From Girardia tigrina (lineage: Eukaryota), in contig MQRK01225673.1 in NCBI GenBank assembly GCA_001938485.1, positions 5,905 to 69,904 of the forward strand: a stretch of DNA of 64,000 bases, written 5' to 3'. The notes beneath the pieces were generated by a model. It made no database searches. It was given only the letters and a program-made list of their open reading frames with translations, and had not been told where the DNA came from. The translations under genes were made by a program, and so were the position numbers. Positions 13,330-25,857 of this stretch are shown here, one piece after another. How positions within the stretch are numbered: the stretch's first letter is position 1; every line of letters begins with the position of its first letter.

Positions 13330-15200
13330 TGAATCTTCTTTGGGAGCAAGCCTGACATGTGATACGTGAAAGGGTACTCCGTCAATTTTTCCGTCAACTT
13401 GACGAGGCCGCCGGAATCAGTCTACTACCGCTCGTATCCACTGGGTTGTGCATCTTGAGTTTGCAGGTTTGACAAAAACTGCATCTTCTACGCGCAATTC
13501 TGCGTTGTTTTCGATTTCGCGGATTTCAAGAAACCGGTCTGCAAAATTAATCGGTAATGGCAGTCGCCTTTGCTGCGCAAAAACGGTTGATGCCGGAATT
13601 ATGCCGTCTGAATTCGGGGTAGCATTGTACCATGCCACCATGTCCTCGATTATGTTACCGCTCCGCGCCGCAATGCGTTTGATGGTTCGGTGACAATCCA
13701 AATTCCGCTCGGCCAATTTGCACACCGAAATAGGATCTCGACCCCCATTTCCGTCAGTAACTTCGAATTGCTGCTCCTCTGTTAGTCGCAAATTTGTCCA
13801 TTAGAAGTTCCTTTGGAAGTCCAAATTAATTAAATACCACATTAAGCACGGTACATATCTCCTCATCGTTTTCTGGCTTGATTTTTCTCCATACTATGAA
13901 CCAGCCCAGTCCGCAGTCGATTATCACCAGGAACTTTCCCTCTGTGGTAGGCGTCACATCCGTATTAAGTCTTTGCCACGTTTTCTTTACTCCCAGTTCG
14001 CCTCTTTCCCATTTCATTGGGGTAGGATCTATCGACGCGCACAGAGGGCATCCTTTTCTACTGCCTGGATTTGTCTTTCCGTCACTCGCTACGGGCCCCA
14101 CAGTTTCCTCGCGAGAAACTTCATTCGTTTCACTCCGAAATGGTGAATTTTGTGAAGCTTTTTGAGGATGTCCGTCGTTTCTTGCTCCATTTCGATTGCT
14201 ACTGCTATGATTGACATCGGCTCTTTTACCACTGTCAGCCAGTCGCTTGGCACTCGAGTGAGACGATCTGCCTTGTTCTCTGCTGAACCGATTAGTTTAA
14301 ACTTTACCTGCAGCTGCTTCTCTTCTATGGTTTTCTTGATGGTGATAATTCGTCTCTTCACAAGTGGCTCTCTCATTCCATGGGATCTAATCGACCCGTC
14401 CCCTCTCATCGCGTTCGTCTTCCATCTGAATACTGTAGAGGAGTCGGTCATCAGATCGAAATCGTTCAAGCCCCATGCAACTGCCGCTTTGATTGCTTCG
14501 TTCGCCACTTCCAGTTCAGCCAAGTTTATATGGGCTGCGTCGTCTTCCTTTCGCAACCACGACCCGTCTTCCACCACTTCTCCACCTATCTCTACAGAGA
14601 TACCGGTTGCGATAGGGCTCGCGTCGCACCACACTTTGCCTTGTCTGCAGTCCGGAACGTCCCATCTGCCAGTGACTGGGTCTTCGCTCTCAACGCGTTT
14701 TCTTAATTCCTCTGCGAGGTCCACCACCCGTGAACCCACNNNNCCGCCACTCGCCATCCTCTTAAGAAAGGTACATGCAGGCCTCAACAAGCTGCAGACT
14801 GGGAAATTTCCGGTTAGCTGTCCGACCAATGAGAACAGTTTCCTCCGCATCAACTGATCGGACAAATCCGCCGCCGCGACCAGGGACCCATACTCCCCCG
14901 AGTTGGCTGATGGCATCCATGCCGAGAAGTATATCGGCTCTTGACCTGATAACTTCTGGCACCACCAGAACTTGGCATACGATTCGCTTTCCACTGCATT
15001 CAATTGGTACTGTCGCTCTGAACCGCACCTTTGCTTCCAAACCATCCATCAGCTGCACTGATTCACTTACGCGATCCAGTTTAGACGGTTCAACTACCCC
15101 TTTCGACACGACTGTTGTCGAACAACCCGTATCGATTATTGCTCTCACGGTTCTTCCACCTAAAATCGGCGAGATCGTCGACATACGCGCGTCAACGCAT
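13330..15200 (-). pseudogene. pol: pol remnant (protease, RNase H, integrase; RT core absent)
   Basis: ORFs 14762-15343, 14089-15045, 13826-14101 and 13417-13791 carry PR, RNase H and IN motifs; the protease runs straight into the post-RT RRKLFSLVGQLTGNFPV segment. Confidence 0.85.
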
Positions 15201-15249
15201 NNNNNNNNNNNNNNNNNNNNNNNNNNNNNNNNNNNNNNNNNNNNNNNNN

Positions 15250-16001
15250 NTCGTTTCACGCTGGCTTCTGCTCCGTGTTCCGGCACTCTCTGGCCATATG
15301 ACCCACGTTGCCGCAATTGAAACATTTTTGCTTCCGTGGTCATCCTCCTCTCGATACTCGGTCGGACGAATTCTGAGTGTGCCCTATCCTAGTGGCACAT
15401 TCACGAGCAATGTGTCCGCTCCCTCCGCATCGATAAAATCGCAGCCCATTGATGGTCAAGGAGTTCAGATCCGGTTTCCCCCTCGTTTGCGTGATTGCGC
15501 AACCTTTTCTTCGCGACCATGGGTCGCTTTGACATGTACTCGAGTCAATCTAACCAACCGATCCAGATCGTGATTCTTACCGAGCGCCTCGACCTCGACA
15601 CTCTTCATGGTTGCCTCAGGCAGACCATTTATGAACGTCTATGCCACATACGCTTCTCCTCCGCCTTCGCTGCCGCAAATTACGACCGACAGCCGCTTTA
15701 AGTCGGCCATGAAGAAGTCCACGCTCTCTCCGAGCTCCAGTCGTCGGGAAGCAAAACTGGCCCACAACAGTCTCTGGCTTGGTGCAAAAGCTTCACCAAG
15801 CACCGCTGCGCTTTTATCGAAGTCTGCTCGTATTACTTCTCCCAATCCCCTGAAGACGATTGCCGCATCACCTGATAGCATCAGCGGTAACATCACTCGT
15901 TTGTCTTCGCAAAGCGTTTCTGCACATTCCATAAACCGTTCGAGCCACACGGATATGTTCTCGTGCCCGTCGTACTGTGGCACTATCTTCAAGGTTTTCA
16001 T
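15250..16001 (-). pseudogene. gag: gag-like region of the short-LTR element
   Basis: MKTLKIVPQYDGHENISVWLERF...FASRRLELGESVDFFMADLKRL; degenerate zinc knuckle (CFNCGNVGHMAREC) near 15275-15325 in another frame. Confidence 0.75.
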
Positions 16002-16819
16002 AATGCCGCGATACCTTGTTGTCTAAATCAAAACAGTTAAGACGAGTGACACAAATTTATTTTAAATAACTATCCCGTTCGACGATCCACCGATTAAAAC
16101 AAATGGATATTTATTTTCCTCGAATTACACAAAATTTACAGATTATTAAAAATATGTTTCTAGTAAAAAGTGTATTTTTTCGAAGTTTAAAGAAATACAT
16201 TTTTTCTCAAATTAATAATTAAATTTAACCATTTTATGAGCTTGTCATTATAAATAATATTTATAATTAATATTTATTAATTCTTTTATCAAAAATGATA
16301 TATTTATTTTACTTAAGCAATCAATTATTTTATTTAAATAAAGATTGCATTACTTTTTTACAGTTATAATATTATTTTTACAAGTAAGATATTGCTAGTC
16401 ACGTTATTATTATTAGTCATTTGTCGCGCAATTTTAGAATCTTTATTATAAACATATAAATTGTAAAATATAAATGATTTGCTCGAAAATTGTAAAAATT
16501 GTAAGTAAAAAAACTGGCGATTGTTTTAATATTTCAATGAACAATTAAAAATCAGGATGTTGTACTTCCATTTTTAAATTTTATGAATTTGTTACATCCA
16601 AATGTTATTTTTAAAGTTGAAAATGAAACGAATGGTTCTTTTAGTTGAAAGAAAATCTCTTATTTACGAGACTGAAATTTATAAGAATCAAACATATCTA
16701 TATACTTCATCGGACAGTTTTTTTTAATCGAAATATATAAGAAATATGATTAGAGGTTTAATTTATCGCTCCTGGTCGTTGTCTTCCACTTTTGTTAAAT
16801 CTGTAGAAAGTATTATTAA

Positions 16820-16951
16820 ACCGTTGACTACCAGAGACCCGTATATGGGTTTACGGCTTATAACTTTTGAACGAAGAGGAATTTTTTAATGCGGCTTTTT
16901 TCTAAATATTACTATTAACATATCTACAAAAAAAAATCGGTACTCAAGGGG
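16820..16951. mobile_element. Tiny piggyBac-type MITE (132 bp)
   Basis: TTAA-ACCGTTGACTACC ... GGTACTCAAGGGG-TTAA; imperfect 13-bp TIR with TTAA on both sides. Confidence 0.6.
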
Positions 16952-16959
16952 TTAAACTA

Positions 16960-17330
16960 AGTTCATTGTTAAATCTGGCAAGTTATGCTAGATCTTTTCT
17001 GGAAAAATTAATAAAGGAAACATTGGATAAAATACTTTTGAAAGATTATTAGATATTAATAATATGCCTAAATATTGCTTAATTGTACCTTATTATGAAG
17101 GATTTAAAAACTTTAAAAATGCACTATTAAAAGAACTAACAATGAATTAAATTTAAAAATTATAACAAGATCTCATAAAATTTAAAATATGTTCAGTAAT
17201 AAATCTATTATACCTTTAACAATTCATTCTGATATTGTTTATGAAAATAAATGTTATGGGTGCGATGCCACATCCATTGGAGAGACTGCCCGTCATCTCT
17301 GTAAACGAATTCAAGAATAATAACGAATTC
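16960..17330 (+). pseudogene. Penelope-like element GIY-YIG endonuclease fragment
   Basis: SDIVYENKCYGCDATSIGETARHLCKRIQE* matches the Penelope VYxxxCxxCxxxYIGETxRxLxxRxxEH pattern; upstream LIVPYYEG. Confidence 0.85.
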
Positions 17331-18899
17331 AAGGGATGAGTTTCATTATTCAAGTAAAAATAAATTCAATTTCAAACTAAAAAAATGTCAATTTTCGTAA
17401 AAAAAATAAAAGTTTATTTTTTTCGTTTTTTTTCCGTTATCGTGGACCTTTTACTACAAATTCATTCGGTAAAACAAACCGGTGTTATTATGCGTGAGGC
17501 GAAGGCGCATTGCTGGCCGACTTGATTTGCCCAGTCGCACGAACCGACGTCGACTGAACGGAGCGATCGTACAACCTGCTGCTCTGGGTTTCACTGTTCG
17601 ACGGGAACTGATATGAATCAGTCGCAAGACAGACACGCAACGACGATTCGGTCGGCGTACGCTGAACTCCACAGGTACACAGCTACCTCCAGGTCGCTGC
17701 ACCGAGCTCTTTGGGTACAAACTTTCCGCATGTTAAAAGGATGCCAGTCGCCACAGCTGGATCCGGTGGCCGTCTTCTCATTACTTATTTTACTAACCAA
17801 TTCGCTCATATTTCTTTTTAAATACTGTTTTATTTTTAAATATCGATTATTTTTCAAACTCAGAAATTCACAAAATAATGTTAGATTCAATTTTAATATA
17901 ATATTATTTATTCTAAAAAATATTTAGCTTTAAACTATTAAAAATATTCAAATCATTCAAATCAATTAAAATATTAAAAATTACAAAAAAAATATTTTTT
18001 TTAATTGTTGTATTTTATAAATTATTATTTATTTCAATTTTATGACAAAAATCTATTTAAAAATTTTATTTAAAAAAGGTTATACAAAATATATAATTTG
18101 CAAATTAGGTTTTAAAAATTTTACTTTTTAAGTTCTTAAATTATTTAAATTTTGATTAGCAAAATGAAAAACTAACTAATATCTATAATATTAAATAAAC
18201 AAATAAATATTTGTTGTTATTTAAATTAAGATAAGACAATAATTCTGGAAATATAATTTAAAAAGCATAAAGATTGCTTTTGGAAATTCCTGGCTTCAGA
18301 TTTGTTTTAGAATTTTTTAAATAACCGTTGGAAAGTGTGAAGTCGTCATTCATTGTTGGTTTTTAAGAATATAATTTAATGATAAAACAAAAAAGTGATC
18401 TAGCGAAATAAATGAATTATATTTTATTTATTACAGCTACGTTTTTTTCAAAGAAGATAACATGACGCCATGTCGGAGGAATTTTCTAGTTGACATTTGA
18501 CTTGTAGAATATTAAAAAAATTCTAAGAACTTAATTTAAGAAGAAAATGTTTTTTATATAATATTTTTATGTACATCCTTTTCATTGCACTGATTTTTTC
18601 TTTATTTTTCCAGAAAGTTTATTTTTTATTGATTTAATACTTAAAATGTTATTATTTTTATGTTTGTGATTTTTCTCAATGAATATTTAAAACAGAAATC
18701 AGATTTAGGTAACACAGAGTATCGATTGGGAAAACTTGAAAATATTGTACAATGAAATTTCGTTAAATGTTTGTACCAGATATATTAACTGGATTTAGAA
18801 ATTGTTGCCGGGTGTATAGATGATATCAAATAGCGATAGAACACAAGAAAGAAATAGAAATTTGAGTAATAAAACAGTAAAATCAAACAATCTTACTGT

Positions 18900-20588
18900 A
18901 ACTTGTCGTACAGACTACGTGTTATTCGTACAGAAAGACGAATGTGAACGCAAAAGGGTGATTGCGTATGCATCACATAAAATTGTATTACAAGGAAAGA
19001 ATTACTTGCAATTTATTATTTCACACAGACTTTTAAACATTTCTAGTACGGGAAAAGATTTTTGTTACGATGAGATCATAAATCTTTTACTTTTATGATG
19101 ATTATAAAGAATCCTTTTACGCCTTAGTTCCAAACATGGATAAATTTTCTGAGTAGTCTAGACATGAAAATGGAATTTCGAAAAGGTGAAAAACAATCAA
19201 ATACTGATGCAATGGCCAGACATTCGTGCGGATTATACAATAAGTGTCAAACAATGCATGAAGAAGTCAAGAAAGGAAAGATTAAAACAAGAATATTGGC
19301 ATTAAGCGAAGAATCAGATGGTTTTAAATGACAGAAGAATAATAATGAAATAAAACAGATAATCGAGGACATTAGTAAAGGTAGAACAAGAAAGTGAACA
19401 CTAAAGAATGATATCGTCATAACTCAAGATAATAAATACTGGATCCCAAAGATAGATCCCAAAGACAAATTTTATTGAAGAAATGCACAAACTGTTATGT
19501 CATGCAAGTAGTAAAATGGTTTATAACTATTACCGAAAGGATTTCGACATGGAAGATATGAAAGAATTTATAAAAGAAATTGTTCAAAACGTCATCAATA
19601 AATCATTTTAAAACCCTCAATAAAGTTGTCGAGAGTGCATTTTGAACGTTAAGATCTTAGGATCTTAAACTTAACGTTCAAAATGCACTCTTGACAAGTT
19701 TATTGAGCGTTTTTAAATGATTTATTGATGACGTATTTATTGCATAATCATCACTGGCAGTATATAAGCCCATTTATTTTTAGAAAATTGTTCAAAGTTG
19801 CCTATATTGTCAAAAAAGGAAGACACTAACAACCAAAACGAAAGAAAACCATATAAAGCAATCAGCGGATGAATCTTTCCAGAAAGTATATATTGGTTTT
19901 TGTGCACCATTCAAAAGAAATATAAATGGATGTCAATATATATTTCCAATATTTGACCAGTTCAGTAGATATATTAGCCTGAATGCAGCAGTTAGTCAAG
20001 ATGAAAAAACAGTTAGAAAATTATTATTAGATACGTATATGGAAATTTTGACAACCAAACGAAATCCATATAGAGAGAGGAAAACATTTGAATCGACTTT
20101 GTTCAAGGACACGGCGAAAAAATTTAAAGTTGAGGTATTCTATTCGAGTCCATATCATCATAATACAAATGGAATAGTGGAAAGACAGTTTCGTACGATC
20201 ATAGATTCTTTAAATATCAGTATGAAGGATCTAGATCATAAAGATTGGCAGAAGTCTTATCAGAAGTCGAGTTGATGTTAAATAGTACTGTACAAGCTAT
20301 GTCAGGCATGTCACCAACCGAGATAGTATTTGGAAGAAAATTGAGACATTGGAGGAAAACAATTACAAAGATACAAAAAATTTGAAAGCTGTTGAACAAA
20401 AAATAGAGACAAGAATTTTGGAAGTCGAAGACAAAGTATTAATTAAGAAGGAAAATGACTCAAAAGAAGATGAACGTTACATGTGTCTCACAAAAGTGGT
20501 GAAAAGAAATAATGAAGGAAGCTATGAGTTACAGATTGAAGAATCTTTATAAATGTTAAAGGGCTAAAGCTATTTAAAACGAGGGGGG
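18900..20588 (+). pseudogene. pol: Degraded Gypsy pol (RNase H-integrase) ending in PPT
   Basis: RVIAYASH, QTWINFLSSLDM, HKLLCHA, SPYHHNTNGIVERQFRTI, GMSPTEIVFG; PPT GAGGGGGG at 20581-20588 directly before the LTR. Confidence 0.9.
19589..19784. repeat. Foldback insertion (146-bp near-perfect palindrome plus 50-bp tail) with 12-bp TSD
   Basis: Arms 19589-19653 and 19670-19734; AAATTGTTCAAA duplicated at 19577-19588 and 19785-19796. Confidence 0.9.
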
Positions 20589-20700
20589 TGTGAGGAATAT
20601 TTTGAATATCGTGTTTGAAAGTTTGAGTTTGAATGTTGTTTGTTGATTTGAAATTATCTCTCCTACCCAGATGGCTGATTAATATTTTAATTCTTATTAT
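20589..20700 (+). mobile_element. Truncated 3' LTR, TGTGAGGAATA family
   Basis: TGTGAGGAATAT immediately after the PPT; CTCCTACCCAGATGG core; ties this LTR family to Gypsy pol. Confidence 0.85.
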
Positions 20701-20709
20701 CTAAAATTA

Positions 20710-21050
20710 TGTAACGTGTTTCAATAAACTTCTTTAACGTCAAAAAAATAAAGATAAATATGTATAAAACTTTTATTTTTATACAATATAAATAAACATA
20801 TATAACAAAAAAATCACGTACGAGAGAGAGAACGGAACAGATAAATCTCGATTTCGATTTGTGTTTCTTGCTCAAAGGTTTCAAGGAATGATCTTCTGTT
20901 GTAACAATATCGATGGAAAAGTCAGAGAATCATTTGGTTGCGAAACGAGATTTTGAGAAAATGGATCACATGAAGAGGAGCACTTTCAGGGGGAATATTG
21001 ATAAATTGGTTTGCAGAAAATTCCTTTACGAACCGATTTTATAACAAAAC
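20710..21050. repeat. Dispersed repeat copy B (probable LTR fragment)
   Basis: Begins TGTAAC; homologous to 9400-9780. Confidence 0.7.
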
Positions 21051-21149
21051 ACCCCGCAGGCAATATAGTATAATTGTAAGTGTTAGTTGCGTTGATATCA
21101 TTTTCGATATTTGAATTAGGATTCCTAATTGTCAAATATTTTACGAGAA

Positions 21150-21490
21150 AAAATTCCGAAATTGATTGCTTCTTTCTCCCACTGATCTTTTTCCCCATTT
21201 GTATTTCTCCCTTCCAGATTCGTTTGATTGTCTCGTACTCCTCTGAAGTTTCCGTCGTACTGTGGAAAGTAAGCCGTTTACTCGCGATAATATCCATGGG
21301 ATGTGGGAGTCCAATGTCCAGGATGTCCATACGGATCTTTTCAATTTTGTGTTTCTTCCTAACTATGCCTCGCATAGGTTATGAAGGGCATGCAATTTCT
21401 TAATGTTCTTGTCCGCAGTTCTCCAGCTTTCACAGTCGTAGTAGACTACGGAGAGTATGCATGCGTTGATTACTTTCTTCTTAATAATAA
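21150..21490 (-). pseudogene. RTE-like non-LTR retrotransposon C-terminal fragment
   Basis: KKVINACILSVVYYDCESW...IIASKRLTF...IWKGEIQMGKKISGRKK, resembling the post-RT region of RTE-clade LINEs. Confidence 0.7.
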
Positions 21491-21494
21491 TCCA

Positions 21495-21853
21495 TAATAT
21501 TGCTTTCACTTTATTTCATCACTCAATGTTTAATACTTCTCATCCAAAGTCTGAACTAACTTGAAACTATATATTTCATTTAAAATATTTATTTTAAATG
21601 TTATTGATTAAAATAAAATTACTATTAATCATTAAAAAAATTAATTTGATTTAAATATTTACAAATTTTAAAAATAAAATAATTGAAAATTTGCAATCAT
21701 AATAAATTAAAAATTTGAATAAATTAGTTTCAGATTACAAAAATTAAAATAATTATCATCAATCTGATTAGGAGAGGCACAATCCCAAATCAACACACAA
21801 CATTCAAACACGCAAACATTATGCAAAACATCAACATTCAAAATATTCCTTAA
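21495..21853 (-). mobile_element. Truncated LTR, TGTGAGGAATA family (inverted)
   Basis: Reverse complement aligns with 25392-25780 (GTTGATTTGGGATTGTGCCTCTCCT..TCAGAT). Confidence 0.85.
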
Positions 21854-24694
21854 CTATTATATTAAAACTTAATTATAGCTCAAATTTATTTGTCCACAAA
21901 ATTTTATACTTTAAAATATTTTCAATTTCAATTAAATTATTAATTATAAAATCAAAATTTAATTAAAATATTTTTAAAAATTTTAAAATTATGTTTTAAA
22001 AGTTTAATCATTTCTAAATTAATAAAATTTTTCAGCGAAAAGAAGATTAAGAAACTCCCCATCATAAGCAAAACAACAAATATCCTAGGAAAATCAATTT
22101 TTCAAGGCCAAAATAAACTATCGACATGAGCAAAAATCAAGAAATTTCGCCTAGACTTTTTGAGTTGTCTTATCTGTAGGTTGCTTACACATAGAAATAT
22201 ACGTTAATTAATTTAATTAACAAATTAATTAATATATAATCAAATTGTTCGACCAAGGACTTTCAAAATGAAAAATAATAAATGTTACATATGCCTAAAA
22301 AATTGTGTTCATTATTCGTACAAAATAGGAAAAAAATTATAAGAAACAAAAAACTAGAATTATTGAATATTAATTTGATGTATTATTTCTATTATGATTC
22401 AATTTAGAAAATTTTTGCCCATTAGAAAACAAAAAAATTTTATGAAACAAAAGTGTATTTAATTAAATACGTGATAAAGGCAAACAATTATATTTACATA
22501 AATAAACTTGCTGATCAGAAGTGTTCAAATAAAATAAAATAAAATTAAATTAAATTAAATAAAATAAATACAAAATATTTAATTAAATAAATAAAATAAT
22601 TTGGTTTTATTTATGTAAAAATTAATTTGTTTGACTTTAACAAGTTTTTTAATAAATGTAATTTGGTTTTCTACTATGCACCCTGTATATTTTTTATAAT
22701 TTTACCATTAATATTAATTCTACAACTATAATCATTTATTTAACAAAAACATCTTTTCTTTTCGAAAAAGTTTCTGTTTAATAATGTACTAATTTAGACT
22801 TTTCTATAAAGAAATGAAGATGTTTTTCTCCACTAATTTAATAAATCAGAAACGGTCTCATGCTTGAAAGATTTTTTTTTATTATATAAATGAGATTTTT
22901 TTGTTAAAAAATTATTTTTCTTTGAAGAATTCATTTTTAATAAATAGAAATCGTTGAAATAAATGAGGAATATCGTTCTAATTATCTCATTAGTAACAGA
23001 CACAATGATCAGCTTTAGAAAACCGAAAATCATTTGCATTAAAATGCTTTTTTTTGTAAAAGAGATTTTTATTAATTTTTAAAATATTTTCGTCTAATAT
23101 TTATTAAATTTAAAAAAGAAAAAATATTATTATTTCTAAAAAATCAATAATTTATTAATTTTTTTATTTCATTTCCTGAACTTTTTGAATAAAAAAATTG
23201 AAGATTTCTTATTTAAAAAGAAATTCATAGAAAATACAAAAAAATTAATATACCAAATGTTGAAATAATATTTCTCAGAATTTATCTTTGATTATTATTT
23301 GAATTATTTTGGTACTTTTTTCTCTTTATTTTGATAAAAATATAAAAAAAATTTACATTAACATTATGAAGAAAAAGAATTTTTAGAAAAATATCAGTAA
23401 GTTTTTAGGTTGAAATTAAAAGTCTGCATTAAACTAGAAATAAGTTTTATAAATATTGTATTTTTGTCTTAAGTGATATAATAGAAGTTAGTTTTATATA
23501 TATTTATTTACTTATTTTTCTTTTAATCATTAATGTTTGTTTTTTTACATTTCCAATTTTTGAGCAGAGTTTCTCTTAATTATTTTATTTTAATTTTGAA
23601 ATATAATAAAATTATTATTATTAATTATATTATTTTTAATAATAATATTATTATTATATTAAATTACGCTTCACATATAATAAGTTACTTCTCATTACAT
23701 CCCCTCAATATTTAAGGAAAATGTCAATTCCATTTCCAATAACTGACCCTAGGACAATAAAATATTGCCGTAAATAAATCATCAGTACAAAAGGTGATAA
23801 TTATTTCATTTTTAATAAATTTTATTTGTAAATTAATGTTCTTCACAATGGTGTTAGAAATTGTAGAATATTCAACAATCTGCATCTTTCCTCAAACTTT
23901 GGTTTTATGTGTCCATAAAGATGGTACGCCTTTTTCTAACTTCATTATCTTTGAGTCCAGTTTAAATAACAAACAAAATTTCTCAAAATCAACCAAGTAT
24001 TCCCTTCCAAACTCATCCAGAAACTAAATTTCAGCGTTTACGAATGTTTGAATTTGCCGCAGTCCTATATATAATTGAAAATTACAATTTCTTTCTATTA
24101 TAACATACCGCAATTAGAGTTATTCAATAAATATTTTTGAGCTCATATACATGAAAATCTTTCACCCTCAAAATTCCATTTAAAAGCTGTTTTACGATTG
24201 AACTCTTCCAAATTCAGATTTTCTCAATCAATTATTATATTATCTGGCTCGGATAATTCTGATGCAACTAATTTTGTGACAATTGCTTATCGTGTTTTCC
24301 AAGAATCAACAACCCAAGTTCCTCAAATATTAAGAACTCATAAAAAGTATTACTTTATTAACAACCCTTTTATCAATCGTCACAATCGCTTCATCTCAAA
24401 GGCCATCACATGTTTACAAGGCTGTATATTTTCACAGGGGAACTTTTCTTATTTATTTATTTAATTTAAGATTTTATTGGATAATAATGGCGAAATGTTT
24501 TAACAATTTAAATTAAAGATTTACAGATTTGAAACAGCTTTAGTTTGCAAATTTTGAATGTTTATTTATTGGATGTAGTGTCTTATTATTATTGATTTTT
24601 AAAACTGCCACTCGTAGTGTGGATCAAAGCCTTTTTGTAAAACAAAAAAACTCATCCTTTGAAACAGGAGATACAATAATCCCAATCATAACAT

Positions 24695-24823
24695 AAAACC
24701 TAACTCTAACTTTAAACCCTAACGTAAACCCTAACCATCATATTCCACCTTAACCCTAATCTTAACCTCTAATCCTAACTCCTAACACTGACCCAATCCT
24801 AACCCTAACTCAACCCTAACCAT
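24695..24823. repeat. Degenerate interstitial telomere-like (CCCTAA)n array
   Basis: Repeated AACCCT/CCTAAC hexamer variants over ~130 bp. Confidence 0.75.
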
Positions 24824-25391
24824 AAATAAATGAAATGTTGATATTATTATTAATAACAAAAATTTGCAAATTTTAACTAAATTGATTTTTGATAATTAGT
24901 AAATAAGTGATAAAAATCGTCATTTATCAAATAAATTAGTATTTTATTAGTATTTTCAAAAGGAATTCTAACAAAATTCCTGGTAGGAATCATACAAATC
25001 GAAATTGATTTAACAATCGGTCGACCAACACGGTTTTCGGTCGATTTCGTCGGCTTCCCGGAGTCTTTCAACAAAGGCGCTGCAACGACAGAACCGTCTC
25101 GATGGGTGCTATGCAGATGAACAACGTCTTTAAGTGAATTCGCTCCGGTTTCTCCACCATTTTACATTTTAATTGTATTATGCGTTGAGTATTACATTTA
25201 GACTTGGGCTTTTTATTGGATAATATATAGATACAGAATGCAAACAACAGCAATGTTGTACTCAGAAAAAAACCACAGTTTTAAAAGTCTCCACAAAGAC
25301 ATATCAGTTAACATTGCATTAAATTGAATGTATATTATACAAAATATTTTAAGCGATGGTTAAAAATAAAATTAACAAATTTTAATGCTTA

Positions 25392-25857
25392 TGTGAGGAA
25401 TATGCGGTGTGTAATTGTTTTTGTGTAGTGTTTGCATGTTTAAATGTTGTGTGTTGATTTGGGATTGTGCCTCTCCTCATCAGATGGATGATCAATATAT
25501 TGATTCTTATAATCTGAAACTAATTTATTTAAATTTAGATTTAATATTCAAATTTTTAATTTTTATTAATGCAACATGTTTAAATAATTTTATTGATTTT
25601 ATTTTTGTAAATTTTTAAATAATTAAAATCAATTTAATGTTTAAAAATGACTATAGAAATATTTTATTTAAGCAAATAAAATTTAAATTAAATAGTTTTT
25701 AATAAAATAATTTTCTCAAGTATAGTTCAGATTGTAATGAGAGATATTGCAAGTTGAGTGATGGATTCTAGTGAAAGCATTACTGTTGACCATCATAAAG
25801 ATGATAAGAAATGTGAATGTAATAAATGTTCCGTCAAATGTGTGAGTTCTCTTAACA
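25392..25857 (+). mobile_element. Solo LTR, TGTGAGGAATA family (466 bp)
   Basis: TGTGAGGAATA...CTCTTAACA with perfect GCTTA TSD. Confidence 0.93.

Larger units (their letters stand above)
12925..16129 (-). mobile_element. GC-rich Ty3/Gypsy-like LTR retrotransposon with very short LTRs, RT deleted
   Basis: LTRs 12925-13033 and 16017-16129 (TG...CA, differing by a 4-bp indel and ~2 substitutions); flanks TAAAA/CAAAA; PPT GGCAAGGGGAGG next to the 3' LTR; gag, protease IIDTGC, RNase H WCDAS/HINLAEL/TDS/NKADRLTR, integrase HHFG..CPLC..WQRLNTDVT. Confidence 0.92.

Noticed and set aside
13448-16026. Long plus-strand ORFs in the GC-rich element
   Set aside because: Antisense shadows of gag/pol in GC-rich DNA; no motifs.
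22660-22687. CACCCTG-TA Tc1/mariner-like end (also at 48575-48597)
   Set aside because: Orphan termini with no partner TIR or recognisable coding remnant.
23700-24450. Coding-like minus-strand stretch
   Set aside because: No diagnostic motif recovered; many stops.
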